Source: Squalus acanthias
Lineage: Eukaryota
Assembly (NCBI GenBank): GCA_030390025.1
Contig: CM059438.1
Coordinates: 59,398,001 to 59,462,000 of the forward strand
Direction of reading: 5' to 3'
Length of the DNA stretch: 64,000 bases
Shown: positions 27,236 to 37,417 of the stretch, in pieces
Layout of the letters: every line of letters begins with the position of its first letter
Numbering within the stretch: the first letter of the stretch is position 1
Notes under the pieces: generated by a model
What the model was told of the DNA's origin: nothing
Databases searched by the model: none
What the model saw: only the letters and a program-made list of their open reading frames with translations
Translations under genes and position numbers: made by a program

Positions 27236-27665
27236 CTGTTGTGACATCAGTAGTACTTTTTGCTGTTCTCACTCTGTTCCCCAGCTAGTTGCATCACCTG
27301 CTGCAGCCAGAATGCACCACCCCTTTAAGAGGTGCAGACTGCCTTTAAGAGGTGCAGGCTAGCTTTAATTGGAGATAGCCTCACACAAACTTGGCCCCCC
27401 TGCTGAGCGTTCAGCCATTCAGCAGTGTGTTTAGCGCTGGGCTGAATGCCACAATCATGTTAATCAGCAGGTAGCACAAAGTTAGCATGCTGCCTGCATT
27501 CCTTTGAACAGGCGTGGTGGGGTAATCGCATATCACGATCCCTGTGCCTGTTTTCAGAGGCTTCCGAATTTCCAGCCGTCCATGTCCATCCCTTCAACAT
27601 ACCATTGACAAAGATGGGTGACGTTGGACAACTTTGTTTTACTCTTTGTTCAAGAGATAATTTCA

Positions 27666-28060
27666 GAGCAGAGAAGGTTACGGGGAGATTCAATGGAGGT
27701 GTTCAAAATTATGTGGAGTTTTGATACAGTAAATAAGGAGAAACTATTTCCACCAGGAGGGCGGGTCAATAACCAGAGGACACAGATTTCAGGCCATTGG
27801 CAAAAGAACCAGCAGAGAAATGAAGAATTTTTTACGCAGCGAGTTGATATGATCGGGAACGCACTGTCTGAAAGGGCGGTGGAATCAGATTCAATAGGAA
27901 CTTTCAAAAGGGAATTGGATAAATACTTGAAAAGGAAAATATTTGCAGGGCTATGGGGAAAGAGCAGGGTAGCGGGATTAATTGGATCGCTCTTTCAAAG
28001 AGCCAGCACTGGCACAATGGGCTGAATGGCCTCCTTTTGTGCTGTATCATTCTATGATTC
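27666..28060 (+). mobile_element. CR1-type LINE 3' fragment
   Basis: Translates RRLRGD..EVFKIM...FFTQRV...FKRELDKYL (CR1 ORF2 C-terminus). Ends GGGCTGAATGGCCTCC...ATTCTATGATTCT, a typical CR1 tail. Confidence 0.85.
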
Positions 28061-28274
28061 TGTTTCATAAGTCTCTCAATCATCCTTCTATCGATGTTAG
28101 AAGCACAGTCCACACTGCAGATAAAATCTGAGATTCGGCTCTTCACGCCAATTGTTTCCAATTTCTTCGTGTGGGCGACACGAGCCATTGAGGGTCTCAC
28201 AGAACTGGATGAAAGTTAACCTAACTGGTTTTCTCCTGAACATTACAATGGTCCTCAATCTCGTATAAAGTCAT

Positions 28275-28716
28275 TTAATTATTAGGAAAGACTGAACAGG
28301 CTGGGGGATTTTCTCTTGAAAAGAGAAGGCTGAGAGATGACTTAATAAGGTCTTTTTTTTTAATTATGAAGGGTTTTGACAGGGTAGACACAGAAAAGAT
28401 GTTTCCACTTGTGGGGAAGACCAAAACTAGGGGCCATAAATATAGGATAGTCACTAATAAATCCAATAGGGAATTCAGAAGAACTTTGCTGAATGGTTAG
28501 AATGTGGAACTCGCTACCACAGGGAGGAGTTGAGGCGAATCGCAGAGATGCATTTAAGGGGAAGCTGGATAAACACATGAGGGAGAAAGGAATCGAAGGC
28601 TGTGCTGACAGGGTGAGATGAAGTAGGGTGGGAGGAGGTTCATGTGGAGCATAAATATCGGCACAGACCATTTGGGCCGAATGGCCTGTTTTTTGCTGTA
28701 AATTCGATGAAATTCT
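28275..28716 (+). mobile_element. Second CR1-type LINE 3' fragment
   Basis: AGAAGGCTGAGAGATGAC..., TGGAACTCGCTACC..., GGGCCGAATGGCCTG and a decayed ATTC-type tail. Confidence 0.8.
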
Positions 28717-28859
28717 TTGTAAAGTCATATCCTGCCGTACACATTCCGAATAGGAGCCAAATCCAGTCCATTCCATTCCGATTACTCTGTGGTGTAACTG
28801 CTATGCTGCACAAACCACTTGAAGACCCACGGATATCGAATAGTATTCCAACTCTCTCC

Positions 28860-29500
28860 TGGCCGGCCTCCCATTTTCCATCATCCATAAACTTCAGCTC
28901 ATCCAAAGCTCTGCTGCCCCGTGTCCAAACTCGCACCAAGTCCCGTTCACCCATCACACCCTGTGTCCTAACTCGCACCGAGTCCCGTTCACCCATCACA
29001 CCCCGTGTCCTAACTCGCACCGAGTCCCGTTCACCCATCACACCCCGTGTCCTAACTCGCACCGAGTCCCGCTCACCCATCACACCCCGTGTCCTAACTC
29101 GCACCGAGTCCCGTTCACCCATCGCTGACCTACACTGGCTCCTGGTCCACTCATGCCTCAAATTTCACATTTTCATCCTAATGTTCAAATCCCAGCATTT
29201 CTTCGCCCCTCCCGATCTCTGTGACCTCCTCCAGCACTACAATCGTCCGAGAACTCTGCGTTCCTCCAACTCTGGCCTCTTGCGCATCCCCCACCGCGCC
29301 TTCAGCTGCTGAGGCCCCAAGCTCTGGAATTCCCTCCCTAAACCTCTCTGCCTCGCTACCTCTCTCTCCTCCTTTAAGACGCTCCTTAAAACCTACCTCT
29401 TTGGCCAAGCTTTTAGTCACCTGCTCTAATAACTCATTATGTGGCTCAGTGTCAAATTTTGCTCGATAATTGCTCCTGTGAAGCACCTTGGGACGTTTTA
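28860..29500 (+). mobile_element. L2-type LINE 3' fragment containing a 42-bp x5 internal tandem duplication (28917-29122)
   Basis: Aligns by eye with 38205-38715. The unit CCCCGTGTCCTAACTCGCACCGAGTCCCGTTCACCCATCACA is repeated, but present once in the other copy. Confidence 0.85.
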
Positions 29501-30090
29501 ATAGTTGCACTACACTTGGCAAACACTTCAGCTCATGTGCTGGACCCCGCCATGGTTGAGGATGGGGATGTCCTTGGAGCCTCCTCCTCCGCTCGTTGCC
29601 TCATTGTCAGTCGCCATTCTCGACTGAATTGGTGGGGCTGCAGAGCTTGGCTCTGAGCCATTGGTTATGGGACTACTTAGCTCCAACTATAGCTTGGTTT
29701 ATTTGGTGTTTAGCTTCACTAGCTTGGTACCTGATTCTAAGGTATGCCTGGTGCTACTCCTGGCACACCCTTCGACACTCACTATTGAACCAGTGTTAGT
29801 CTCCCAGCTTGATAGCCATCAGAGTGAGGGATGTGTCGGACTATGAAGTTAGATTGCGGTGATATTCATTTCTACTAAGAGCCCATAGTGGTTCATGAAT
29901 TGTGTGATAGTAACTCCCACCACTGGTATCCTGGGTGGGTGTGGTTGGTTAGTGAGGACAAGGTCAAGTAGGTTACTTCCTCATGTTGGTTCCCTCACCA
30001 CCTGACCCAGTCTGGCAGCTGTGTCCTTCAGGGTTTGACCAGCTCAGTCAGTAGTGGTGCAACCGAGCCACTCTTGGTGATGGACTTTGA

Positions 30091-31226
30091 GGCGACGGAG
30101 GTTGAACAGTTTCCCATTTGTTCTGTAGATTAGCTCCACTCCAGCGGGGAGCTTACTGAGGGCGAGATGGAGCATTGCAGCCAGGAAGATCGAGAAGAGC
30201 GTTGGTGCGATGACACAGCCTTGCTTGACCTCGTCCCATCCTCTGTCAACAAATTACACTCTGAGGTCGAACTCCAAACCATCGTCAACACCTTCACTGA
30301 AGCGTACGAGAGCATGGACCTTACACTAAACATCCGTAAGACAAAGGTCCTCTACCAACCTACCCCCGCCACACAGTACTGCTCCCTGATTAACAAAATT
30401 CATGACGAGGCCTTGGACCACTTTCCATACCTCGAGAGCCTACTGTCAACAAGGGCAGACGTCGATGATGAACTCCAACACCGCCTTCAGTGTGCCAGTG
30501 CAGCCTTCGGTCGCCTGAGGAAGAGAGTGTTTGAAGACCAGGACCTCAAACCCAGCACCAAGCTCATGGTCTACAGAGCAGTAGTGATACCCGCCCTCCT
30601 GTATGCTTCAGAGACATGGACCATGTACAGCAGGCACCTCAAAGCACTGGAGAGGTACCACCAACGCTGCCTCCGCAAGCTCCTGCAAATCCATTGGCAG
30701 GATAGGCGCACCAACGTCGGCGTTCTCGCTCAGGCCAACATCCCCAGCATCGAAGCTTTGACCACGCTCGATCAGCTCCGATGGACGGGCCACATTGTCC
30801 GCATGCCTGATACGAGACTCCCAAAACAAGCGCTCTACTCGGAGCTCCGACACGGCAAGAGAGCCCCAGGTGGGCAGAAGAAACGCTTCAAGGACACCCT
30901 CAAAGCCTCCTTGAAAATGTGCAACATCCCCACCGACACCTGGGAATCCCTGGCCCAAGACCGCACAAAGTGGAGGAGAAGCATCCTGGAAGGCGCCGAA
31001 CACCTCGAGTCTCCTCGCCGGGAGCAAGAGGAAGCCAAGCGCAAACAGCGGAAGGAGCACACGTCAACCCAAGCACCCCACCAACCCACCCCTTCAACCA
31101 CCGTCTGCCCCACTTGTGACAGAGACTGTAGGTCCCGCGTTGGACTCACCGGTCACCTGAGAACTCATTTTTAGTGTGGAAGCAAGTCATCCTCAGTTCT
31201 GAGGGACTGCCCAAGAAGAAGAAGAA
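30091..31226 (+). mobile_element. 5'-truncated RTE-clade LINE with 5' inversion, (AAG)n tail and 12-bp TSD GATGGACTTTGA
   Basis: TSD at 30079-30090 and 31227-31238. ORF motifs KTKVL, FPYL.S.LS, LLYASETW, QLRW.GHIVRM, and a C-terminal CPTC..H...H finger. The inverted 30091-30231 segment encodes VKQGCVIAPTLFSIF. Confidence 0.93.
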
Positions 31227-32311
31227 GATGGACTTTGAAATTCCCCACCCAGAGTACATTCTATGCTCTTGATTCCCTCAGAACTTCCTCCAAGTGATGT
31301 TCAACATGGACATTAGCTGATCCGTCAGTTGAGGAGGGCAGTAAATGGTGATCAGCAGGAGTTTTCATGGACTTTATTGGCTCTGAAGTCTTGAGACTTC
31401 ATGAGGTCCAGAGTCAATGCTGAAGACCACTCCCACCTGATTGTCTATCACTGGGCCTCCACCTCTGGTGGGTCTGTCCTACCCAGGGATGGTGATGGAG
31501 GAGTCTGGACTGTTGGCTGGCTGGCATGATTCTGTGAGTACAACTATGTTTGGCTGTTGCTTGACTAGTCTGTGGGACAGTTCTCTCAATTAGGGCACCA
31601 GTCCACAGGCCTCTGTAAGGGTAAAAAAAATTAATTGTAATAATGTAAGGGCAAATCAGTTGTAATGTTTAAGATTAGTTGAACTGCTTAAAGGACTATA
31701 GTAAAGGTCAAAGTATCTCCCAAAGGCATGGAGACAGGGGTATAATTAGATAAAAGACCAACTTGCTTAGGCTGCAGTATAGATAATGCAGACACTGCAG
31801 AACAAAAATGTGAATCATTGTTTTTCTATAAACTAACCTCAAATAGGAGTAAGAATGAACCTTGCAGCGCAGTCGGCTGACAAAAGCAGAAGTAAAAAAA
31901 TAAGTTTCGCTAACAGTGTAAAATTCTAATCAAGTTGTTTTTAGAGACCCTAAGGGGTAGAAATTAGGTCGCGCCCCATTTGGGGCGCAAATATCGTCTG
32001 GACGCAAATATTAGCGCCTGGCACTAATTATCGGCACTGACAGGAAACTTCACTTTTACCGCCCCGGGAGGTGAGTGGAGCGCTAAAGCAGGCGCTGCAC
32101 ACCTGTCTTAAGGCGCAAAGGCCAAGGAGTGAGGCGCTAACTCAGCGCGCGAGCGCAGCGCAGCTGCTGCCAGTTAGCGAGGGAACACAGACACACTGGC
32201 GCCGGACACTTCTTAAAGCGGGGGGGGCCACTTGCTCCCCAGCCACACCCTGCTCATTGCAGCCTTGAATCTCAGCCTGGAGAGACCTGTGAATCCATTT
32301 TGCTGCCAAGG

Positions 32312-34135
32312 ATGGAGAGGGTGAGAGAACGAGCTCAGCGCTTCACCGAGCGGGCCTTGGATGCTCTGGTTGGTGCGGTGGAGCGCAGAAGATCTATACT
32401 CTTCCCTGAGAGTGGCAGGAGGCCTTTGCCACGCGAGTACAGAAGAGTGTGGAGGGAGGTGGCTCAGAGCGTCTCCTCCAGGAGCATGGTGCCCAGGACC
32501 CATGTTCAATGCCGCAAAAAGTTCAACGACCTCACTCGGGTCGTCAGGGTGAGTGGCTTTTTCTCAATACCTCTCCATCCCTCCATCTCAACCTCACTCT
32601 ATGGCCAGAGGGTCTTAAAACCCCAATGCACAACACTCATCCAACACCTATGGCCCTTTCATGAAACACACACACACATTCCACACTTTGCATACAGTAA
32701 GGGCTATTCACCTATGGGAGGCACATCAGGCAAGACCATGGCTGCATACAGTAAGGGCTATTCACCTATGGGAGGCACATCAGGCAAGACCATGGCTGTA
32801 TATTTACTCAGATGCTGTCCTTTTTCTTGCAGGCTAAGCTGGCTCATAATAGGAGACAGCAGCAACGGACAGGTGGAGGGCGGCCTCAGCTGCAACCCCT
32901 CAGCGATCTGGAGGAGCACGTCCACAGGATTGTGGCAAGCCGGGTGATCGGTCCCGTCGCCACTGGAGACGCCGACCCCGTTCTGGACAGCAATGGTAAG
33001 GTCATCACCTTTTTGTCCTCTGTCCTTCCACTTGTCCCTCACAATACCAGCCTTTGACACTTTCAATCCAACTTGCTAACTCGCTGCACTTATTCCTCCC
33101 TTACTGCCACCCTGTCCTCACGCTAAAGCCACTCTTGTACCTCCCTGCTTTCAGATGGTGATTCACCAGCTGAGGAGACGGGCCCTGAAGCTGCCACTGG
33201 GAGTGATGCTGCAGCTGAGGAGGAAGAGGAAGCCAGAGCATCAGTGCCACCCTCTCCCGAGGAAGCCCATGCCCACACTGGGAACACGCCTTCCCCGGAG
33301 GGGAGCAGGGGGGAAGGGGCTGATGAGGGTGAAGCTCCAGGACCCAGCGGGCTGCAGCAACGCCATGGGGGGGGGTAAGGAAGAACGGGGGCCTTCTCCC
33401 CAGAGGGAGAGTATGCCAGACACTCCTACTGCAATGGACGCAGAGGAGGAGCGGCTGATTGCAGAAATGAACACCCAGGCGGTGGGCATGCACACTGAGC
33501 TCATGGGTGCAGTGGGAAGGGTGCCCGAATGCATTGAGTCACTGGCAAGGAGTGTGGAGCACTTCGCTGTAGCACAGGCGGATGCCACACTAACGCTTAG
33601 TGCTGCAATTCAGTCACTGGCTGCCGTGATCCCATCTCTGACTGCTCTCATACAGACTCAGATGGAGGCCACGCGAGCACAGACTGCTGCCAACCTCGAT
33701 GGTTCGTGCACATGTCCCCGGGGCTGTCACCGCGCCGCAGCAGGCCAGCAATCTGTTCTCCGGCAGATTGCTCCGGATGCTGAAGTGCTGCCCCGTGGGA
33801 GTGCCAGTGTGTCGGGCGAGCAGGGAGTTGCTGTCCTCTCTCACGATGACAGCATTCCTGCTGCCAACACTGTCACTTCTCCACTGCACTTGCCACCGCC
33901 TGTAGGACAGACTGCTGCCGCCCATGCAGAGTTGGTGCAGTCTGCAGCCGGGCCCTCCAGGCCCAGAAGTGGTCGAGGCCGTCCTTCAGGGGCATCTGCA
34001 GTGTCAGGGTCTGACGAGCAGCAGCCTTCCACCAGCCTTGCTGCAGCCACTGAGGTCCCATTACAGAGGAGCAGTAGGGTTAGAAGGGGGGAAGTGCGCA
34101 AGGGAAGGAGATCACCCTCGAAGGGCAAAAAGTAG
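32312..34135 (+). CDS. Harbinger Myb/SANT-like (trihelix, MSANTD/NAIF1-like) protein; exons 32312-32548, 32833-32995, 33155-34135; one apparent frameshift at G9 33367-33375
   Basis: Exon 1 RAQRFTERALDALV...W.EVA..V......RT..QCRKKFNDL is a Myb/SANT domain. Canonical donors GTGAGT and GTAAGG; acceptors ttcttgcAG and ctttcAG. Confidence 0.88.
32689..32796 (+). repeat. Perfect 54-bp tandem duplication in intron 1 of the Myb gene
   Basis: TGCATACAGTAAGGGCTATTCACCTATGGGAGGCACATCAGGCAAGACCATGGC occurs twice. Confidence 0.95.
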
Positions 34136-34429
34136 GAGGTGTGACAAAATGCTGGTCATTTTTTTATTAAAGGCCGAGGTTCATGGTCCAACTTTTGTTT
34201 AGTGTTTTGGACATTATCTCCAGGTTGTGAGAACCAGTTATGTTATTGACTGTTTTTTTGTGTTTATTTCTATGAGTTTGTCATGAGGAATTGACACACA
34301 CAGAGTTTGTAAAATAAATAAGTTTCTGTATTCAAAATATACATGGCTGGTGGTTGGAATTATTGGTGCCTTGGCCGGCTTAGGGGTTGCGTGCTGGGTT
34401 GATTAATGTTGGTAGCAATGGCAGGGGCC

Positions 34430-35590
34430 CTAGAAGCGGCTTGCTATTAGCCGTTGACGGACGGCCCTTGCAGTTTGACCATTGTGGGCCGCCCTCCCGC
34501 CTTGGTGCTGCTGATGATCATCGTCCTCGTCCTCTTCGTCCTCTTCCTCCTCCTCCTCTGGTGGTGCTACAAGGCCTGGTGGCATTGGCTGGGTCCTGAG
34601 GATTGCCATGTTGTGCAACATGCAGCACACGACTACGAAGTTCGATACTTGCTCAGGCGAGTACTGCAGGGCTCCTCCGGAATGGTCCAGACAGCGGAAC
34701 CGTTGTTTCAGCACGCCGATTGTGCGCTCAATAATGTTCCTGGTTGCTTGATGGCTTTCATTGTACCGCAGCTCAGCAGGGGTGTTTGGCGTACGGAGCG
34801 GTGTCATCAGCCAGGTGCTCAATGCGTACCCCTTGTCCCCGAGAAGCCAACCAACTGGCTGATGCGGTGCCTCGAAAAGTTCTGCCACAGTAGTCTGGCG
34901 CAGGATAAAAGCATCGTGGCAGCTGCCAGGATAGTGGGCATTGACAGCGAGTATCAGCTGTCTGTGGTCACAGACCAACTGGACATTCAAGGAATGGAAC
35001 CCCTTTCTGTTCCTGAATTCCTCTGCATTCTCACGCGGAGCACGCAAAGCCACCTGCGTGCAGTCAATGGCGCCCTGCACCATGGGGAAGCCCGCTACTC
35101 TCGCAAAGCCCAGAGCACGGTCACGCTGCTTGTCTGGGGTCATAGGGAAAGAGATGAACTCTCGTCTCCTTCTGAAGAGGGCATTGGTGACCTGCCGGAT
35201 GCAGCGATGCACCGTGAACTGGGAGATATTGGCGAGGTCCCCAACAGCAGCTTGGAATGAGCCAGTGGCGTAGAAGTTCAAAGCCACTGTGACCTTCACT
35301 GCCACCGACAGAGACGTCCTGGACCTCAGCTGAGGCTGCAGATCTGGCTGCAGCAGGTGGCAGAGCTCAGTGACCACCTCCTTGCTGAATCGCAGCCTTC
35401 GCAAACACAGCTCCTCGGACATATGGATGTAGGAGAGCTGTTCACGATATACCCTGGGAGGGTAAGCTCTCCTGTACATGCGCCTGATGGCCCTCCTCCG
35501 TCTGGCCATCATTGCCACTCTCTCTCTGCGTCTCTGTATCCTCCGATTCTGCTGGAGCAGGACGACGCCCCCAATCAGTGCAGCCCCCAT
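34430..35590 (-). CDS. Harbinger (HARBI1-like, DDE_Tnp_4) transposase, 386 aa, uninterrupted
   Basis: Motifs GAIDCT, NRKGFHSLNVQLVCD, YPGSCHDAFIL, LLGDKGY and RNIIERTIGVLKQRFRCL, plus CCMLHN and an acidic tail. Confidence 0.96.
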   Translation of the reverse strand: MGAALIGGVVLLQQNRRIQRRRERVAMMARRRRAIRRMYRRAYPPRVYREQLSYIHMSEELCLRRLRFSKEVVTELCHLLQPDLQPQLRSRTSLSVAVKVTVALNFYATGSFQAAVGDLANISQFTVHRCIRQVTNALFRRRREFISFPMTPDKQRDRALGFARVAGFPMVQGAIDCTQVALRAPRENAEEFRNRKGFHSLNVQLVCDHRQLILAVNAHYPGSCHDAFILRQTTVAELFEAPHQPVGWLLGDKGYALSTWLMTPLRTPNTPAELRYNESHQATRNIIERTIGVLKQRFRCLDHSGGALQYSPEQVSNFVVVCCMLHNMAILRTQPMPPGLVAPPEEEEEEDEEDEDDDHQQHQGGRAAHNGQTARAVRQRLIASRF

Positions 35591-36796
35591 ATTCTCTTTG
35601 CCAGAAAAGTAATGAGGGACAGCAACTAAAGTAGCAACAAAGTTAGGATGAACTAGGCAAAACTACCTCACAAAGCGTTGAGTCAATGTAGAAGTCTCTC
35701 TCTCTCTCTCTCCGAATCTCTCTCTCTCTCTCAGAACGAGTGGTGCATAAATGTCGACCACAGAAAAAGATAGGAAGAGGCCCCCTTTAAATAGCGCCCC
35801 CCCCCAGCCCCACAGCGATTGATAGCGTTCCAGTCTTCCGGTCGTTGGAAGCGCCAGGCGGTAAGGCAGGGGGCGCCACTCAATTTCCGCTCCGGGGCGC
35901 CCCAAGGGCGTTGCACCATGGAATGACGTCATAATCTGCGCGCGCAGGTGTTCGCAGCGGTAAGTTTTAGCGCCGCCGCACAATCTCAAGTTAAGTTCTC
36001 GAGCGGCGCAAACATCGCTGCGCCCGGGCGTTAGCGGCTTTGCGCCCCATTAGCGCCCTCTTAAAGCGCTAACGGGAGGCACAACCAAGTGAATTTTTAC
36101 CCCTAAGACTCTTACGATGTAATAACTGTGCTGAGGTTTGTATTTTCTGGCTTCTGGAAGTGTATAAAGAAGCTTGGATGACCATTGTTAAATTGAGAAG
36201 CTGGTCATGAGACCGCAGGCTATGATCCTTCTCCCAGAGCGCTCTGAATTCTCCCGGAGTGCTCTGAATATTAAACTGTGATCTTTTGCTTTAAGACAGA
36301 CTCAAGTGAATTAATTTTTCACCAACACCTCGGTGAGGAGGACTTTGCAGGGTTGACTGGGCTGACATTGCCCAAGTCTTATCCTGATATGATGGACTGT
36401 TAAGTCTTGTGCTGATATGATGTCTGGGTCGATGCCGATAGGTTCATCCAATTGTTTCCTTATTTTTGAACTGTATCGTGATTGTTACTACTGAGTGTCT
36501 TGCTGGGCCATTTCAATAGGTATTAACAGTCACCCACTTACTGTGGGACTAGAGTCACATGTCGGCCAGATGTTGGGGTGACAGGCTCCCTTCCTTCAAG
36601 GACATTAATGAAACAGTTGGGTTTTTAACCATAATCCATTGACCTCCATGAGGAGTAAAATTGGGCGGGGTGCAAAACCAGAGTTCCATCCGATCCCGTC
36701 AATTACCAATGGGCAGGTTGGGTTAAAGTTGCTCCCCCTTGGTTGCCAGTCCAGTACCATAATCACTACATGCCCGGGATGTATTTACCAGCCTCA

Positions 36797-37258
36797 GAAG
36801 AAAAGAAAGACTTGCATTTATATAGCTCCTTTCACAATCACCGGACGTCCCAAAGCGCTTTACAGCCAATGAAATACATTTGAAGGGCACTCCCTGTTGT
36901 AATGTAGGAAACCCGGCAGTCAATTTACGCACAGCAAGCTCCCACAAACAGCAATGTGATAATGACCAGATCATCTGTCTTTTTATAGTGACGCTGATTG
37001 AGGGATACAAATTGGCCATCACACTAGGGAGAACTCCCCTGCTTTCTTTGAATAGTGCCATGGGATCTTTTACACCCAATTGAGAGAACAGACGGGGCCT
37101 CAGCCGAAAGACAGCACCTCCGACAGTGCAGCACTCCCTCAGTATTGCACTGGAGTGTCAGCCTAGATTTTTTGTGCTTAAGTCTCTGGAGTGGGACTTG
37201 AACCCGCAATCTTCATGACTCCGAGGTGAGGGGGCTACTCACTGAGCCACAGATGAAA
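36797..37258 (-). mobile_element. tRNA-derived DeuSINE (SacSINE1-like), antisense, with internal deletions
   Basis: The reverse complement has an A box (TGGCTCAGTGAG), a B box (GGTTCAAGTCC), a Deu-like core and a TCTT tail. Matches 57625-58092. Confidence 0.88.
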
Positions 37259-37417
37259 CAACTAATCGACAAAGCTATTAATGCTCCCAAACTCTTCAGC
37301 AGATGAAAACATGGTCACTTACTTCCTGCTATCTGTTTCTGATTCGCTTATTTCAGTGGCATCAGTATGTTGGAAACTCTGATTATTTTAACAAAAACAA
37401 ATATGGCCAAACTGACC

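Larger units (their letters stand above)
24475..27578. mobile_element. Non-autonomous PIF/Harbinger element: core-deleted transposase (+) and decayed Myb/SANT gene (-)
   Basis: Imperfect TIRs GACTAGAAATACGG / revcomp GGCTGGAAATTCGG, with TCC on both flanks. Two convergent genes homologous to those of the 31954-36103 element. Confidence 0.85.
31954..36103. mobile_element. Full-length (4150 bp) PIF/Harbinger DNA transposon
   Basis: TIRs GGGGTAGAAATT / AATTTTTACCCC (11/12 match) and TAA TSD at 31951-31953 and 36104-36106. Convergent transposase and Myb/SANT genes; CpG-rich subterminal regions. Confidence 0.96.
31614..36327 (+). mobile_element. Solo LTR (~560 bp: 31614-31953 + 36107-36327) interrupted by the Harbinger element
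   Basis: TGT...ACA termini with 4-bp TSD CCTC at 31610-31613 and 36328-36331. TATAAA (~36164) and ATTAAA (~36270) lie in the expected order. Confidence 0.8.
29520..36480 (-). mobile_element. Old LINE (APE endonuclease region, CR1/L2 group) split into ~29520-30090, 31239-31613 and 36332-~36480 by later insertions
   Basis: The rejoined minus strand reads NVLWVGNFKVHHQEWLG and VREPT*GSNLLDLVLT, decayed versions of the APE motifs GDFN and PT...LDL. Outer boundaries are approximate. Confidence 0.65.

Noticed and set aside
28062..28215. Additional minus-strand exon
   Set aside because: There is an acceptor-like site but no convincing donor, and the ORF runs into CR1 sequence.
34454..35260. 268-aa + strand ORF with a hydrophobic stretch
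   Set aside because: It is the antisense shadow of the transposase; the hydrophobic run mirrors the acidic codons.
34430..35590. Domesticated HARBI1 host gene
   Set aside because: It is flanked by TIRs and a TSD and paired with a Myb gene, so it is a transposon copy.
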